Shown here: positions 33,805 to 35,374 of the stretch, in pieces | Layout of the letters: every line of letters begins with the position of its first letter | Numbering within the stretch: the first letter of the stretch is position 1 | IMG/VR virus record: IMGVR_UViG_3300012979_000001 | Location: 1-35,374 of that record | From: a virus | Taxonomy: Duplodnaviria > Heunggongvirae > Uroviricota > Caudoviricetes | Direction: 5' to 3' (one strand) | Length of the DNA: 35,374 bases | Translations under genes and position numbers: made by a program | Notes under the pieces: generated by a model | Seen by the model: the letters and a program-made list of their open reading frames with translations, nothing else | The model's database searches: none | What the model was told of the DNA's origin: nothing

Positions 33805-34450
33805 TATTTTCTCCTCCTTTTAATGCTTGTTCTCTTTCTGCAAATGTCATTTTCTTTAAACACCCACAACTTCTTGTATTTTTACAAACTCTTTTAACAT
33901 ATATAATATTTCCACAATCACATTGACATTTCCATTTTTTTTGTTCCATATCATAAGCCAAAATAGTTAGTAAACCATTCTTTTGTCCAATTTTATCTGT
34001 TTTTAAATTGAATAATGTATTAGAAACCTTATCTTTGTGCAAACAACCACAACTTTTTGTTCCTCCACTTATCAATCTATTTTTTGGTACTTCTATTACA
34101 TTTCCACAATCACATACACACTTACACATATATACATTTACTTTTTCATCTTCATTTTTTTCAACAACATCTATTCTTTCTTCTAAAACTAAAAGTCTAG
34201 TAAATCTTTTTCCAACAAGTGAAATGTCTACTTCTGTTTTTTGTGGGTTTATAAAATTATATTTGTCATCACATTTTCCACAACTTACTACTTTTCCCGT
34301 TGTTAGTAATGTTCCTTTTTCTATTATCATATTGCCACAATCACATTGACATAACCATTCTGCATTTCTAAATTTATCTGTTCCTTTATATTCTATTGCA
34401 ACCAATTTACCAAATCTCATATTTGTTAAATTTCTTCTAATCTTTGCCAT
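33797..34450 (-). CDS. triple CxCDCG...SCG zinc-module protein (module type usually fused to AP2/HNH domains in phages)
   Basis: Three repeats of (RF)GxLxx...CxCDCGN...SCG; no nuclease or AP2 domain evident. Confidence 0.8.
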   Translation of the reverse strand: MAKIRRNLTNMRFGKLVAIEYKGTDKFRNAEWLCQCDCGNMIIEKGTLLTTGKVVSCGKCDDKYNFINPQKTEVDISLVGKRFTRLLVLEERIDVVEKNEDEKVNVYMCKCVCDCGNVIEVPKNRLISGGTKSCGCLHKDKVSNTLFNLKTDKIGQKNGLLTILAYDMEQKKWKCQCDCGNIIYVKRVCKNTRSCGCLKKMTFAEREQALKGGENIE

Positions 34451-34474
34451 AATAATATCCTCCTCTCTTTGTAT

Positions 34475-34503
34475 ATTATAACATATTTTTAATTATTTGT
34501 CAA
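34475..34503 (-). promoter_or_regulatory. SigA consensus promoter
   Basis: TTGACA-17-TATAAT, extended -10. Confidence 0.9.
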
Positions 34504-34511
34504 TAGTTTTT

Positions 34512-34808
34512 TTAAAAAAGTAATGTAACTTCTTCTAAACATTCAACTTCTGTAATATAATATTGCTCTAAATTGTCTTTTATATACCATAATTGAAAAT
34601 CAAATTCTCTTTCTGTATTTTTATCATTTACATAAATTGTTCCAATTAAAGCATTATCACAAATAATTTCCATTTCAGTATCTTCAAATAAATCTACTTT
34701 TATTACTTCTTCTTGTTCTACAAGAAATTCACATATATCTTTTATTGTTTTAAATCTTTTGTGCATAAGTAAATTAAGATACATTTGAGTTATAGTTATT
34801 TTGGTCAT
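34512..34808 (-). CDS. hypothetical protein
   Basis: TAATG coupling; GAGGTG RBS. Confidence 0.85.
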   Translation of the reverse strand: MTKITITQMYLNLLMHKRFKTIKDICEFLVEQEEVIKVDLFEDTEMEIICDNALIGTIYVNDKNTEREFDFQLWYIKDNLEQYYITEVECLEEVTLLF

Positions 34809-35209
34809 TAATCATACACCTCAATTCCCTCTAATAATACACAATGTTTTTTAATTTCTGTCATTTCTAATTTTATACCTTTATCTTTTAATTTTGAATA
34901 AATTTCTGCATATATATCATCATAATTTTCATATTTTTCAAATAAAGTATCTCTATCAAAATGTAATGCAAAAATTACTCCACTTGTTAAATTTTCTAAT
35001 TTTGTTCTCCATTCCAACTCATATAAATTAAATCCAAACTCACAATCTGTGTCATAACAAACAAAATCAAGTGTATCTGCTATTTCACATACCTCTTCAT
35101 AATTATCTTCAAGCACATCTAAATCTGCAAGTTGATTTTTTATTATTAAATCTTCTAATTCTTCAAATTGCAAACAAAAACAAAACTCTTTTATTACATT
35201 AAATTCCAT
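34808..35209 (-). CDS. acidic hypothetical protein
   Basis: AGGAGGGG RBS. Confidence 0.85.
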   Translation of the reverse strand: MEFNVIKEFCFCLQFEELEDLIIKNQLADLDVLEDNYEEVCEIADTLDFVCYDTDCEFGFNLYELEWRTKLENLTSGVIFALHFDRDTLFEKYENYDDIYAEIYSKLKDKGIKLEMTEIKKHCVLLEGIEVYD

Positions 35210-35218
35210 TTTCCCCTC

Positions 35219-35374
35219 CTATCCAAAATATGTTCCCCATATTTTTCCTGTGTTTTTAATAATATAATCATCTATAACATCAAAACCAAGTCTTTTTAAT
35301 GTTTCTTTTACTTCTTTATATATTTCTTCTTCATTGTTATAGGAAGTATATAATGCACTATTATTATATATATT
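35219..35374 (-). CDS. hypothetical protein, 5'-truncated by window edge
   Basis: Open frame from the window end (...EIYKEVKETLKRLGFDVIDDY...) to a TAG overlapping the next RBS. Confidence 0.7.
   Translation of the reverse strand, partial: NIYNNSALYTSYNNEEEIYKEVKETLKRLGFDVIDDYIIKNTGKIWGTYFG

Noticed and set aside
4514..34349. Numerous + strand ORFs opposite the - strand genes, and - strand ORFs within 1-4609
   Set aside because: Shadow ORFs rich in F/L/I/S, antisense to RBS-supported genes or lying over regulatory DNA
5635..34503. Promoter repeats as a CRISPR array or integron attC sites
   Set aside because: Spacing is hundreds to thousands of bp, the repeats are promoter consensus without attC-type dyad symmetry, and no cas or integrase gene is in the window
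1..35374. Alternative genetic code (TAG recoding)
   Set aside because: Genes tile densely under code 11 and many TAG stops directly overlap the next RBS (TAGGAGG)
1..35374. tRNA/rRNA genes, IS elements, diversity-generating retroelement
   Set aside because: No cloverleaf or TpsiC context around the GTTCG motifs, no transposase or reverse transcriptase, and no long adenine-variant repeat pair

Overview
Very AT-rich segment of a large phage genome, most likely a lytic phage of a low-GC Firmicutes host (inferred from SigA-type promoters, strong GGAGG/AAAGG RBSs and Firmicutes-type LexA boxes). No structural, integrase, tRNA or CRISPR features were recognised. Bases 1-4402 hold the end of a + strand gene cluster, including an RNase H-like gene. 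From about 4.9 kb to the window end there is a convergent - strand early or host-takeover-like region of about 70 small, mostly acidic hypothetical genes. This region is driven by 29 near-identical sigma70/SigA promoters (27 perfect TTGACA-N17-TATAAT) that behave like a dispersed repeat and fall into two spacer subfamilies. Recognisable proteins are few: RNase H-like, XRE-HTH regulator, ArdA-like protein, a triple CxCDCG Zn-module protein and a DUF3574-like protein. The most unusual content is non-coding. Blocks at about 4.4-4.7, 10.4-10.6, 12.4-12.6 and 14.0-15.6 kb carry five tandem pairs of LexA-type boxes with an invariant 16-bp period, a DnaA-box cluster, XerD-arm/dif-like motifs, two WalR-type direct repeats, two paralogous promoters that appear to drive non-coding RNAs, and a 545-nt tract with no G on the + strand. 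Together these suggest a host-regulator docking/decoy module and possibly the boundaries of a ~10 kb terminal repeat; both are inferences. Many ORF-track starts were moved to the codon that follows the RBS.
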